Shown here in pieces: positions 11,201-20,370 of a DNA stretch of 42,401 nt. The position numbers and the translations under genes were made by a program. How positions within the stretch are numbered: the stretch's first letter is position 1; every line of letters begins with the position of its first letter. The DNA comes from Gemmatimonadota bacterium (GTDB taxonomy: Bacteria > Gemmatimonadota > Gemmatimonadetes > Gemmatimonadales > GWC2-71-9). The notes under the pieces were generated by a model, which was not told the origin of the DNA, did no database searches, and worked only from the letters and a program-made list of their open reading frames with translations. The DNA lies in the NCBI GenBank assembly GCA_003221005.1, contig QHTZ01000017.1, positions 1-42,401 on the forward strand. Direction: 5' to 3'.

Positions 11201-13476
11201 GCGTGGGGGGAGGGGTCACCCCCTCCGTGCTGGATACACTTGAGTTTCCTGCCGCGCTGGAGCGGGTGGCGGCGCACGCCGTATCCCCGCTCGGAGCGGC
11301 GCGGGTCCGCGCCCGCACCGCCGCTACCGATCCCGCTACGATCCAGGCCGCTCTCGCGCAGGTGGCCGAGCTCGCTGCCCGTATCCTCGTGGATGATGCC
11401 ATCCGCGCGGAGCCGATCCCGGACATCGGCCCAGCTCTGGAGCTGCTCGCGGTGCCCGGAAGCGCCCTCGAAGGCCTGGCCCTCGCTGGGATCGGACGCG
11501 CGCTCGCCGCGGCACGGCTCGTGGCGGCTGAGCTGGGGCGACTGGCGGCGGACGCGCCGCGCACGGCGGCGCTGCGCGTCTCCCTCCCACCGAAGGAGCT
11601 CGAGGCGCGCCTCGCGGAAGCGCTCGACGCGGACGGCACCGTGCGCGAAGGCGCGTCGCGGGACCTGGCACGGGCGCGCCAGGCGGTGCGCGAGACGCGA
11701 CAGCGGCTCGTCGCCAAGCTCGAAGCGATTCTCGCGGGGCTGGACCAGCGGGAGCGAGCTCCCGACGCAGGCGTCACCGTGCGCGGGGGCCGCTACGTGA
11801 TCCCGGTGCGGGGCACCGCGCGCAGCCAGGTTGGCGGCATCGTGCACGACGAATCGGCGACCGGGGCGACGCTGTTCGTCGAGCCACCGGAAGCGATCGC
11901 GTTGGGTAACGAGCTGCGCGCGCACGAGGTCCAGGAGCAGCGCGAGGTATTGCGCGTGTTGCGCGAGCTCACCGAGCGGCTGCGCCCCGCGCGCGCCGCC
12001 ATCGCGGCCGCCTGGGAGATGTGCATCGCGTTCGACGACCTGTGCGCGCGCGCCCGCTACGCGATCGCAGTGAATGGCTGGCCGCCGGCGCTGGGCGACG
12101 GACCCCTCACGATCCGCAATGGGCGTCATCCCCTGCTCGTCCCGGCCTCAGGGGGTGAGGACAAACAGGGGGACACCAGCGATCTAGTCGTCCCGTTCGA
12201 CCTGACGCTCGCTCCCGATGAATTCACTCTGCTCGTGTCCGGCCCCAACACCGGCGGCAAGACGGTGCTGATCAAGGCCGTCGGCCTGATCTGCCTGCTG
12301 GCGCAGAGCGGTGTCATTCCACCCTTGGGTCCCGAGTCCCGGCTCCCGGTGTTCCGCGAGGTCTTTGCCGACATCGGCGACCGCCAGTCGATCGCGGCGA
12401 GCCTGTCGACCTTCTCGGCGCACGTGGCTGCGCTGCGCGACATCCTCGAGCGGGCGCGTGCGGAGTCGCTCGTTCTGCTCGACGAGGTGGGCAGCGGCAC
12501 CGACCCAGCCGAGGGGGCGGCGCTCGCCGCCGCGGTCTTGCGGACGCTCACCCGCCGGCGCGCGGTGACGCTCGCGACCACGCATCTGGGTGCGCTGAAG
12601 CAGTTGGCGACGGAGACCGTGGGGATCGTGAACGCCTCGCTCCAGTTCGACGCGGAGACGCTGACGCCGACGTACCGCCTGCTGAAGGGCGTGCCGGGTC
12701 GCTCCTACGGGCTCGCCATCGCGCGGCGGCTGGGCGTGGACGCCGAGGTGCTGGCCGAAGCCGAGCACGCCCTCCCCGATGCGGCGCGGGCGCTCGACAC
12801 CCTGCTCGCCTCGGTCGAAGCGCGGTCGCGCGAGCTCGAGCTGCGCGCGCAAGAGCTCGATGCGGCGGCGGAAGAGCAGCGCGCGCGCCTGGCCGCGCTC
12901 GAGTCGCGGGGCGCGACGGTCGCGGATCGCGAGCGAGAGGTCGCCGCGCGGGCCCAGGCGCTCGAGCACGACGCGCGGGCGCAGGCACGGGCGTACCTGC
13001 TGGAAGCGCGGCGGCGGGTCGAAGACGCGTTGGGCGCGGCGCGCGCCGCCGTAGACGAGGCGACCGCGAAGGAGGCGCGGCGGCTCGTCGAAAAGGCGAT
13101 CGAAGAGACCGGGGAAGAGGGACGAGGGAAGGGGGAAGGGTGGCTCTCGCTGGAGGAATTGCGGCGTCAGCGGCAGGCGCCCACGCCGTCCGGCCGTCCG
13201 ACCGTCCGAGCGTCCGACCGTGTGGACACCGCCGCCTCCGAGATCTCCCTCCGCGGCCTGCGGCTCGACGAGGCCGAGGCGAAGCTGATCAAGGCGCTCG
13301 ACGACGCCGTGCTCGCGGACCTCCCCTACCTGCGGGTGATTCACGGCAAGGGGACGGGCGCGGTTCGGAAGCTGGTGCACGACGTGCTCGCCGGCGATGC
13401 GCGGGTCAAGCGGTTCGCGTTGGCGCCCGGGAATCAGGGCGGCGCCGGCGTCACCGTGGTGGAATTCCGGGCCTGA
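11197..13476 (+). CDS. mutS2: Endonuclease MutS2
   Basis: SGPNTGGKT, DIGDRQSI, STFSAH, DEVGSGTDP, C-terminal Smr (IHGKGTG). Confidence 0.95.
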   Translation: MSVGGGVTPSVLDTLEFPAALERVAAHAVSPLGAARVRARTAATDPATIQAALAQVAELAARILVDDAIRAEPIPDIGPALELLAVPGSALEGLALAGIGRALAAARLVAAELGRLAADAPRTAALRVSLPPKELEARLAEALDADGTVREGASRDLARARQAVRETRQRLVAKLEAILAGLDQRERAPDAGVTVRGGRYVIPVRGTARSQVGGIVHDESATGATLFVEPPEAIALGNELRAHEVQEQREVLRVLRELTERLRPARAAIAAAWEMCIAFDDLCARARYAIAVNGWPPALGDGPLTIRNGRHPLLVPASGGEDKQGDTSDLVVPFDLTLAPDEFTLLVSGPNTGGKTVLIKAVGLICLLAQSGVIPPLGPESRLPVFREVFADIGDRQSIAASLSTFSAHVAALRDILERARAESLVLLDEVGSGTDPAEGAALAAAVLRTLTRRRAVTLATTHLGALKQLATETVGIVNASLQFDAETLTPTYRLLKGVPGRSYGLAIARRLGVDAEVLAEAEHALPDAARALDTLLASVEARSRELELRAQELDAAAEEQRARLAALESRGATVADREREVAARAQALEHDARAQARAYLLEARRRVEDALGAARAAVDEATAKEARRLVEKAIEETGEEGRGKGEGWLSLEELRRQRQAPTPSGRPTVRASDRVDTAASEISLRGLRLDEAEAKLIKALDDAVLADLPYLRVIHGKGTGAVRKLVHDVLAGDARVKRFALAPGNQGGAGVTVVEFRA
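13112..13221. repeat. Heptamer array (GGGAAGG) plus octamer array (CCGTCCGA) in the mutS2 linker
   Basis: gggaaga gggacga gggaagg gggaagg (13112-13139); ccgtccgg ccgtccga ccgtccga gcgtccga ccgt (13186-13221). Confidence 0.85.
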
Positions 13477-13478
13477 GC

Positions 13479-15257
13479 GTGATCCCCGACGACGTCATCG
13501 AGCAGGTGCGCGACGCCGCGGATCTGGTGGGGATCATCGGCGAGCACGTGGAGCTCAAGCGCACCGGTGCCGACTACCGCGGCCCGTGTCCATTCCATGG
13601 CGGCACGCACCGCAACTTCGCCGTGATCCCGAAGAAGGGGATGTTCTACTGCTTCGTCTGCCATGAGGCGGGGGACGTCTTCACCTTCTTCATGAAGAAG
13701 GGGGGAATGGACTACCCGACGGCGGTACGTGAAGTGGCCCGGCGGGTCGGGGTGACCATCCCGGAGCGCAACGCACCGAGCGGGCCTGATCCGAACGAGC
13801 CGCTGTTCGCTGCCGTTGCCGCCGCTGCCGACTGGTATGCGCGGCAGCTCCGCGACAGCCCTGAAGCCGAGGTTGCTCGTCAGTACCTCCGCTCGCGCCA
13901 CCTCGAGCTCGAGACAGTGCTGCCCCTGGGCCTGGGTTATGCCCCCCCCGCTTCGGCTCCCGGCGCCGGTTTTCAGGACGCGATGAAAAGCTTGGGATTG
14001 CGTGACCCGGTGTTGCTCGAGGCCGGTCTCCTCGTTAAACGCGATGATGGCGCCCTGGTGCCGCGATTTCGGGGGCGGCTGCTGTTCCCGATTCATGACC
14101 TGCGGGCGCGGGTCGTGGGCTTCGGCGGCCGGATCCTGGGTGAGGGCGAGCCCAAGTACTTGAACTCGCCCGACACGCCGATCTTCCACAAGGGGAAGCT
14201 GCTGTACAACCTCCACGTCGCGAAGCAAGCGATCCGCAAGGCCGAGCGCGCGATCATCGTCGAAGGCTACTTCGACGTGTTGCGCCTCGCGCTCGCCGGA
14301 CTCGAGGAGGTCGTGGCTCCCCTCGGCACCGGGCTCACGGCCGAGCAGGCGGAGCTAGTCGCGCGGTACACGTCTCAGGTGTTCCTGCTCTACGACTCCG
14401 ACGATGCCGGCCTCCGGGCCACGTTCCGGGCGGGCGATGAGCTGCTGCGTCACGGGTTGCGCGTCAGCGTAGCCACGCTACCGGATGGCGAGGACCCGGA
14501 CACCATCGTCCAGCGGCGCGGCGGCAGGGCTCTCGCCGAGACGCTCAAGGACGGCGTCGACCTGTTGGAGCGCAAGATCCAGATCCTCGAGCGCAAAGGG
14601 TTCTTCGCCTCGCTCCCCGGCCGGCGGCGGGCGCTCGATCGCCTGCTCCCCACGATCCGCGCGGCGCGGGATCCCATTACGCGGGAGCTCTACCTGTCGC
14701 GGACAGCGGAGGTCGCCGGGGTCCGCAAGGACGTCTTGGAGCGCGAGTCGGGAAGCGGGAAGCGGGATGCGGGAAGCATCCCTACCCCTCCCGCATCTCG
14801 CATCCCGCATCCCGACCTTCCGGCCAGCGCCGAGAAGGCGCTGCTCCTGCTCATGCTGCACAGCCCCGAGTGGGAGTCCCGTGTCGTAGATGCGGTCGAC
14901 GCGGAGAGCTTCAAATTCGTCCCGTATCGCGCGGTATTCGAGTCACTGGTCGAGAAGGCGCCGGAGCGTCTCGACGAAGTGAGCGCCCGGGTGCTCGAGC
15001 AGCTTCACCAGGAGAGGCTGGGCGGGAGCTCGCCCGATGAGATCTTCGAGAGCGCCATCGCCTCGATCGAGGCGGACCGCATCTCAAGGCAGATCGAGCG
15101 CATCAAGGGTGAGCTGGCGCTGGTGTCGGGGGACGAACAACTCCGTCGCATTCAAGAGCTACAGCAGCTGGTGGCTGAACGGAACGCCGAGCGGCCGACC
15201 TGGCAGATCGTCGAAAACGCGAAGAGTGCAAGGAGGCGAGGTGCGTCCGGAACTTGA
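13479..15257 (+). CDS. dnaG: DNA primase
   Basis: CPFH..CFVC zinc finger, PKYLNSPDT, EGYFD, YDSDDAG (TOPRIM). Confidence 0.97.
   Translation: MIPDDVIEQVRDAADLVGIIGEHVELKRTGADYRGPCPFHGGTHRNFAVIPKKGMFYCFVCHEAGDVFTFFMKKGGMDYPTAVREVARRVGVTIPERNAPSGPDPNEPLFAAVAAAADWYARQLRDSPEAEVARQYLRSRHLELETVLPLGLGYAPPASAPGAGFQDAMKSLGLRDPVLLEAGLLVKRDDGALVPRFRGRLLFPIHDLRARVVGFGGRILGEGEPKYLNSPDTPIFHKGKLLYNLHVAKQAIRKAERAIIVEGYFDVLRLALAGLEEVVAPLGTGLTAEQAELVARYTSQVFLLYDSDDAGLRATFRAGDELLRHGLRVSVATLPDGEDPDTIVQRRGGRALAETLKDGVDLLERKIQILERKGFFASLPGRRRALDRLLPTIRAARDPITRELYLSRTAEVAGVRKDVLERESGSGKRDAGSIPTPPASRIPHPDLPASAEKALLLLMLHSPEWESRVVDAVDAESFKFVPYRAVFESLVEKAPERLDEVSARVLEQLHQERLGGSSPDEIFESAIASIEADRISRQIERIKGELALVSGDEQLRRIQELQQLVAERNAERPTWQIVENAKSARRRGASGT
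14747..14816. repeat. Inverted heptamer-array hairpin (GGGAAGC/GGGATGC versus GCATCCC), in frame in dnaG
   Basis: gtc gggaagc gggaagc gggatgc gggaagc ... tcccgca tctcgca tcccgca tcccgac. Confidence 0.92.
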
Positions 15258-15945
15258 AGCGCTGTTAGCGTTGCAGGAGAAGGACCAGGCGGTGATGGGG
15301 GCCGATGCGGCGCTCGCGGCGGTGGAGCCCGAGGTCCGGGTCCTGGACGAGGCGCTGGCTACGGCGGAACAGGCGCTCGCGGCGGCCCGGCGAGAGATCC
15401 AGGCCGCGCTCGACCGCCGCGATGAGCTCGAGGGAAAAATCGCGAGCTATCGCACGATGCAGGAGCAGCGGCGGCAGCGCCTGGAATGGGTGCGCGGGGC
15501 GAAGGAAGCCTCGACCCTCATGGCCGAGCTGGATCTCGCGCGCTCGGTGCTCGCCAAGGAAGAAGCCGAGTTCATGCGGTCAGGCGACGCCGTCACCGAA
15601 GCCGAGCGGCGTGCCGCCGAGGCGGAGAAGGCGCTCCAGGATGTGCGCGCCGCGCAGGCGCCGGCCCGCGAGGGCCTGGCGGGGCGCCGGGAGGAAATCA
15701 TGAGCGGGCGCGAGCGCGCGGTCGCGGACCGTGAAGCGGCGGCCGCGTCCGTCGACTCGGCGCTGCTGACCCGCTACGAGCGGATCCGGCGGGGCAAGGC
15801 GCCGCTCGCCCTGTACCCGCTGCACGGTGACGCGTGCGGCCGCTGCTTCACGGCCGTGCCCACCCAGCGACGTGCCCTGATCCAGCGCGGGGCGTCGATC
15901 GAGAGCTGCGAGGCCTGCGGCGTGCTGCTGTACGCCCCTGAATGA
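15241..15945 (+). CDS. Coiled-coil protein with C4 zinc ribbon (DUF164-type)
   Basis: L.ALQEKD N-terminus, long coiled coil, CGRC...CEACGVLLY. Confidence 0.88.
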   Translation: MRPELEALLALQEKDQAVMGADAALAAVEPEVRVLDEALATAEQALAAARREIQAALDRRDELEGKIASYRTMQEQRRQRLEWVRGAKEASTLMAELDLARSVLAKEEAEFMRSGDAVTEAERRAAEAEKALQDVRAAQAPAREGLAGRREEIMSGRERAVADREAAAASVDSALLTRYERIRRGKAPLALYPLHGDACGRCFTAVPTQRRALIQRGASIESCEACGVLLYAPE

Positions 15946-17642
15946 TCCCGGCCCGCTGGGCCATCGCGGCGCCGCCGGATCCGTCCGTCACGACGGCCCT
16001 CGCCGTCGACCTCTCCATCCCGGAGCCGCTCGCTGCCTTGCTGGTGCAGCGCGGCTTCGCGGTTCCCGAGCTCGCCAAGTCGTTCCTTCGTCCTCACCTC
16101 GACCGCCTGAGTGACCCGAGCGCGTGGGCCGACATGGTCCGCGCGACGGCGCTGGTGGTGGCGGCCGTGCGCGCCGGGACGCCGATCCTCGTGCACGGCG
16201 ACTACGACGTCGACGGCCAATGTGCCGCCGCGCTCCTGACGCGCGTGCTGCGCGCCGCGGGCGGTCAGGCCCACGGGTTCGTCCCCCACCGGTTGCGCGA
16301 CGGGTACGACTTCGGCGCCGCTGGTCTCGCCGAAGCGCGGCGCTTGCGCGCCGGGCTCATTGTCACGTGTGATTGCGGCATCACGGCGGTGGACGCGGTG
16401 CGCGCTGCACGCGAGGCGGGGATGGAGGTGATCGTCACCGATCACCACCTCCCCGGCGACGCGCTCCCGCCCGCCTCCGCCGTGCTCGACCCGCTCCGCG
16501 TCGACTGCGGCTCCGCGGACAAGGCGCTGTGCGGCGCCGGCGTGGCGTTCAAGCTGGCCCAGGCCGTCGTGGCGGCCCTGGGGCTGTCGCCCAACCTGCC
16601 GCTGCATTTCCTCGACTACGTCGCGCTCGCCACGGTCGCCGACGTGGTGCCGCTCGTGGGCGAGAACCGCATCCTGGTGCGTCACGGGCTCAAGACGCTC
16701 GCGGACTCCCGCTGGACCGGGCTGCGGGCGCTGGTGGAAGCGGCTGGCCTCGCCGGGAAGCCGTTGCGGGCCGGGCACGTCGGCTTTATCCTCGCGCCCC
16801 GGCTCAACGCCGTCGGCCGGATCGGCGAGCCGATGGACGGGCTGCGGCTCCTCCTGACCGATTCCCCCGACGAAGCGGCCAGCCTGGCGCGAGACCTGGA
16901 AACGCTCAACGCCCGGCGCCAGGCGCTCGATCAACACATCCTCGACGACGCCGTGGCCCAGGCGGATGCCACCCTCGGGCCGGACGACCGCGCTCTGGTG
17001 CTGGCTTCGGACGAATGGCATCCCGGGGTAATCGGCATCGTGGCGTCGCGGCTCGTGGAGCGCTACGGGCGCCCAACGTTTCTCATCGCCTGGGAAGGCG
17101 AGCTGGGGCGCGGCTCGGGCCGGAGCATCGCCGGGCTCGATCTGCACGCCGTGCTCCACCGGCTCGCCCCCCTGCTCGAGAAGTATGGTGGACACACGAT
17201 GGCCGCGGGCCTCGTTATCCGGCGCGAGCGCTACGAGGCGTTTCGTGTTGCGTTTCTGCAGGCGACGGGCGAGCTTCTTGGCCCCGATGACTTGGTCGCC
17301 GCCCAGCGGGTCGACCTGGAGCTGCCCCTGGGCCTCGTGAGCGAGGAGCTGGAGAAGCTGATCCGCTATCTCGAGCCGTGCGGGCCCGGCAACCCGGCGC
17401 CGGTCTTCGGCGTGCGGGGCGCGCGCGCCGTGAACGCGCGGCGGGTGGGGTCGAACCACCTGCGCTTCCTCCTGGACGACGGGTCGGGCGTGCTCCCCGC
17501 CATCGGGTTTCAGTGGGCGGACGTGATTCCGGACGCCTGGCTCGCCCGGCCGCTCGACGTGGCGTTCCGCCTGGAGCGCGACGAGTGGCAGGGGAGAGCG
17601 ACGCTGCAGGCGCGGGTGGCGGCGATCGCACCAAGTGGCTGA
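15942..17642 (+). CDS. recJ: ssDNA exonuclease RecJ
   Basis: GDYDVDG, TCDCG, TDHH, APRLNAVGR, GSGRS, GGH. Confidence 0.97.
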   Translation: MIPARWAIAAPPDPSVTTALAVDLSIPEPLAALLVQRGFAVPELAKSFLRPHLDRLSDPSAWADMVRATALVVAAVRAGTPILVHGDYDVDGQCAAALLTRVLRAAGGQAHGFVPHRLRDGYDFGAAGLAEARRLRAGLIVTCDCGITAVDAVRAAREAGMEVIVTDHHLPGDALPPASAVLDPLRVDCGSADKALCGAGVAFKLAQAVVAALGLSPNLPLHFLDYVALATVADVVPLVGENRILVRHGLKTLADSRWTGLRALVEAAGLAGKPLRAGHVGFILAPRLNAVGRIGEPMDGLRLLLTDSPDEAASLARDLETLNARRQALDQHILDDAVAQADATLGPDDRALVLASDEWHPGVIGIVASRLVERYGRPTFLIAWEGELGRGSGRSIAGLDLHAVLHRLAPLLEKYGGHTMAAGLVIRRERYEAFRVAFLQATGELLGPDDLVAAQRVDLELPLGLVSEELEKLIRYLEPCGPGNPAPVFGVRGARAVNARRVGSNHLRFLLDDGSGVLPAIGFQWADVIPDAWLARPLDVAFRLERDEWQGRATLQARVAAIAPSG

Positions 17643-17654
17643 ACGGGCTGGGGC

Positions 17655-18173
17655 ATGATTCGCATCATCGCGGGCGAGTTCAAGGGCCGCCGCCTCAAGA
17701 CTCCGGCCACCGACAAAGTGCGGCCGACCGCGGACCGTGTGCGTGAAGCATGGTTCAGCATCATCCAGCGCTCCACGCGCGGTGCGCGCGTGCTCGACCT
17801 GTACGCGGGCTCGGGCGCTCTGGGCCTCGAGGCCCTGTCGCGCGGCGCCACGACCGCGGACTTCGTGGAGGTGCATCGCTTCGCCCTCGCCGCGCTGCGC
17901 GCCAATATCAAAACGCTCAACGTGGGCGACCGCACCGTGATCCACCGGCAGGACGCGCTCAAGTTCGCCGCGCAGCTGCACCCGGGGCAGTACGACGTCG
18001 CGTTCGCCGATCCGCCGTACGCGAGCGAGCAAGCCGCGCTGCTCGTGGCGACCTTCCGGATGACGCCGTTCGCGCGCGTGTTCTCGATCGAGCACCCCGC
18101 CGACCAGCCGATCCCGGGCGACGATACGCGACGCTACGGCGACACCTGCGTCACCTTCATCTACGCGCCGTGA
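17655..18173 (+). CDS. rsmD: 16S rRNA m2G966 methyltransferase
   Basis: [42 protein letters not shown]. Confidence 0.95.
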   Translation: MIRIIAGEFKGRRLKTPATDKVRPTADRVREAWFSIIQRSTRGARVLDLYAGSGALGLEALSRGATTADFVEVHRFALAALRANIKTLNVGDRTVIHRQDALKFAAQLHPGQYDVAFADPPYASEQAALLVATFRMTPFARVFSIEHPADQPIPGDDTRRYGDTCVTFIYAP

Positions 18174-18661
18174 GCCCCTCCTCGACTCGCATCGCCGTCT
18201 ACCCGGGCTCGTTCGACCCGATCACGCGGGGGCACGAGGATCTCGTGCTGCGCTCGCTGCACTTCGCCGATCGCGTCATCGTGGCCGTCGCGGTCAACGC
18301 CACGAAGCAGCCGCTCTTCAGTCTGGAGGAGCGCGTCGCGCTCATCCGGCAGGCTGTGACGCATCCCGCCGTCGAGGTACAGTCGTTCGACGGACTGCTC
18401 GTGGATTTCGCGCGGCGCGTGGGTGCGTCGGTGACCGTGCGGGGCCTGCGCGCCGTCAGCGACTTCGAATACGAGTTCCAGATGGCGCTCATGAACCGCA
18501 ACCTCGCACCCGAGCTCGAAACCGTCTTCCTCGTGCCCGCGTTCGACCTCACCTACCTCAGCTCGAGCCTGGTGCGCGAGGTGGCGCGCTACGGGGGCGA
18601 TGTCTCCCAGCTCGTTCATCCCGCGGTGCACCAGGCGCTCAAACAGAAATTCAGGAAGTGA
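18170..18661 (+). CDS. coaD: Phosphopantetheine adenylyltransferase
   Basis: [31 protein letters not shown]. Confidence 0.97.
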   Translation: MSPSSTRIAVYPGSFDPITRGHEDLVLRSLHFADRVIVAVAVNATKQPLFSLEERVALIRQAVTHPAVEVQSFDGLLVDFARRVGASVTVRGLRAVSDFEYEFQMALMNRNLAPELETVFLVPAFDLTYLSSSLVREVARYGGDVSQLVHPAVHQALKQKFRK

Positions 18662-19575
18662 GCTTCCGGGATCGCGTCTACCAGCGGGCGCGGCGCGCGG
18701 GTCGGCGCATCGTCCTGCCGGAAGGCGCCGATCCCCGGGTGCAGGAGGCGGCGCGGCGCCTCGTGGCCGAACAGCTCGGCGCCGTGGAAGTGCTGGGGGA
18801 CGTGCGCCGCGACCCGCGCCGCGACGCCTGCGCACGCCTGCTGTGCGAGCGCCGGCCCGATCGCTTCCCGACCGGCGCGGCCGCCGCGAGCGCGCTCGAC
18901 CACCCGCTGACCTTCGGTGCCGCGCTCGTCGCCATCGGGGCCGCGGACGCCATGGTGGGAGGCGTCGTCCACCCCACCGGTGAGACCATTCGCGCGGCGC
19001 TCTGGACCGTGGGCACCGCGCCAGGCGTCGCGACGATCTCGGGCGCGTTCTACATGGTCCGGGACGAGACCGTCCTCACCTTCACCGACTGCGCGGCGGT
19101 CCCGGAGCCGACGCCGGAGCAGCTCGCCGAGATCGCGCTCGCGGCGGCGCGTGAGCGCCGCCGCATCGTGGGCGATGAGCCGGTGATCGCGTTCCTGTCC
19201 TACAGCACCAAGGGGAGCGCCACCGGGCCGCGCGTCGCCCGGGTGCAGCAGGGCGTCGCCGCGCTCGCCCGCCGCCGGCCGGACTTCGCCTTCGACGGCG
19301 AGCTGCAAGGGGACGCGGCGCTCGTGGCCGAGGTCGCGACGCGCAAGGCTCCGGGATCGGCCGCCGCCGGGCGCGCCAACGTGCTGGTGTTTCCCGACCT
19401 TGACAGCGGCAACATCGCCTACAAACTGGTGCAACGCCTCGGCGGCTGGGCCGCGCTCGGGCCCATTCTGCAAGGGCTCGCCCGCCCGATCGCCGACCTG
19501 TCGCGCGGTGCCACGGCCGACGATATTGTGGACACGGCGGCCATCGCCGTCCTTCAAGCCGAGGAGCGCGGATGA
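18658..19575 (+). CDS. pta: Phosphate acetyltransferase
   Basis: [41 protein letters not shown]. Confidence 0.93.
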   Translation: MSFRDRVYQRARRAGRRIVLPEGADPRVQEAARRLVAEQLGAVEVLGDVRRDPRRDACARLLCERRPDRFPTGAAAASALDHPLTFGAALVAIGAADAMVGGVVHPTGETIRAALWTVGTAPGVATISGAFYMVRDETVLTFTDCAAVPEPTPEQLAEIALAAARERRRIVGDEPVIAFLSYSTKGSATGPRVARVQQGVAALARRRPDFAFDGELQGDAALVAEVATRKAPGSAAAGRANVLVFPDLDSGNIAYKLVQRLGGWAALGPILQGLARPIADLSRGATADDIVDTAAIAVLQAEERG

Positions 19576-19907
19576 CCTTCAGCGTGCACAAGGACAAGCG
19601 CGGTGTGGTGGTGGTCGGCGTGGACGGGCAGCTGATCGTCGGCAACCGCCAGGAGCTGAAGCAGAGAGTCCTCGACGCGGTCGACGGCGGCTCCCGGAAG
19701 TTCGTAGTGGACTTCACGCGCACCGGCTACATCGATTCCTCGGGGCTCGGCGTCCTGGTGTCGCTCTCCAAGAAGATCCGCGAGCAGGGGGGCGAGCTCC
19801 GGCTGGCGGGCCTGAACGAAGACCTGCAAACGCTGTTCGAGCTGACCAAGCTCGACACCCTCTTCTCGATCACCAAGACCCCCGAAGAGGCGCTCGGCGC
19901 GTTCTAG
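19572..19907 (+). CDS. Anti-sigma factor antagonist (STAS, RsbV-like)
   Basis: [19 protein letters not shown]. Confidence 0.93.
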   Translation: MTFSVHKDKRGVVVVGVDGQLIVGNRQELKQRVLDAVDGGSRKFVVDFTRTGYIDSSGLGVLVSLSKKIREQGGELRLAGLNEDLQTLFELTKLDTLFSITKTPEEALGAF

Positions 19908-19917
19908 CCTGCCTCCC

Positions 19918-20370
19918 GTGACCACGCCGCTGCGCCTCGACGTCCGCCGTCTGGGAACAGGACCCGAGGTCGAGCTGTCGCTGAACGTGCCGTCCGACCT
20001 GGACTACGTCGGCCCCGCGGTCGAGCTCATCGTCGCCTCCTGCCCGGTCGGCACGCTGTCCCCGCGTCGCCTCCTCTTCAACTTCCGCACCGCCCTCGCT
20101 GAGGCCCTGAGCAACGCCATCGCCTACGGGAACCGCCACGACCCCGCCAAGGTGGTGCGGGTGCGGGTGGAAATCGCGCCCGAGGCAGTCCGCGTGCACG
20201 TCGCGGACGACGGCGACGGCTTCGATCCTGGGACCGTGCCGGACCCAACCCTCCCCGAAAACCTCGAGCGTGAGGTGGGCCGGGGGCTGTTCGTGCTGCG
20301 CCATCTCGTCGATCACGTCTCCTTCAACGCGAAGGGGAACGCCATTTGCCTGACGCTCCGGGCGGGCTGA
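19918..20370 (+). CDS. Anti-sigma factor / Ser kinase (RsbW-like HATPase)
   Basis: EALSNAIAYG, DDGDGFD, GRGLF. Confidence 0.9.
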   Translation: MTTPLRLDVRRLGTGPEVELSLNVPSDLDYVGPAVELIVASCPVGTLSPRRLLFNFRTALAEALSNAIAYGNRHDPAKVVRVRVEIAPEAVRVHVADDGDGFDPGTVPDPTLPENLEREVGRGLFVLRHLVDHVSFNAKGNAICLTLRAG

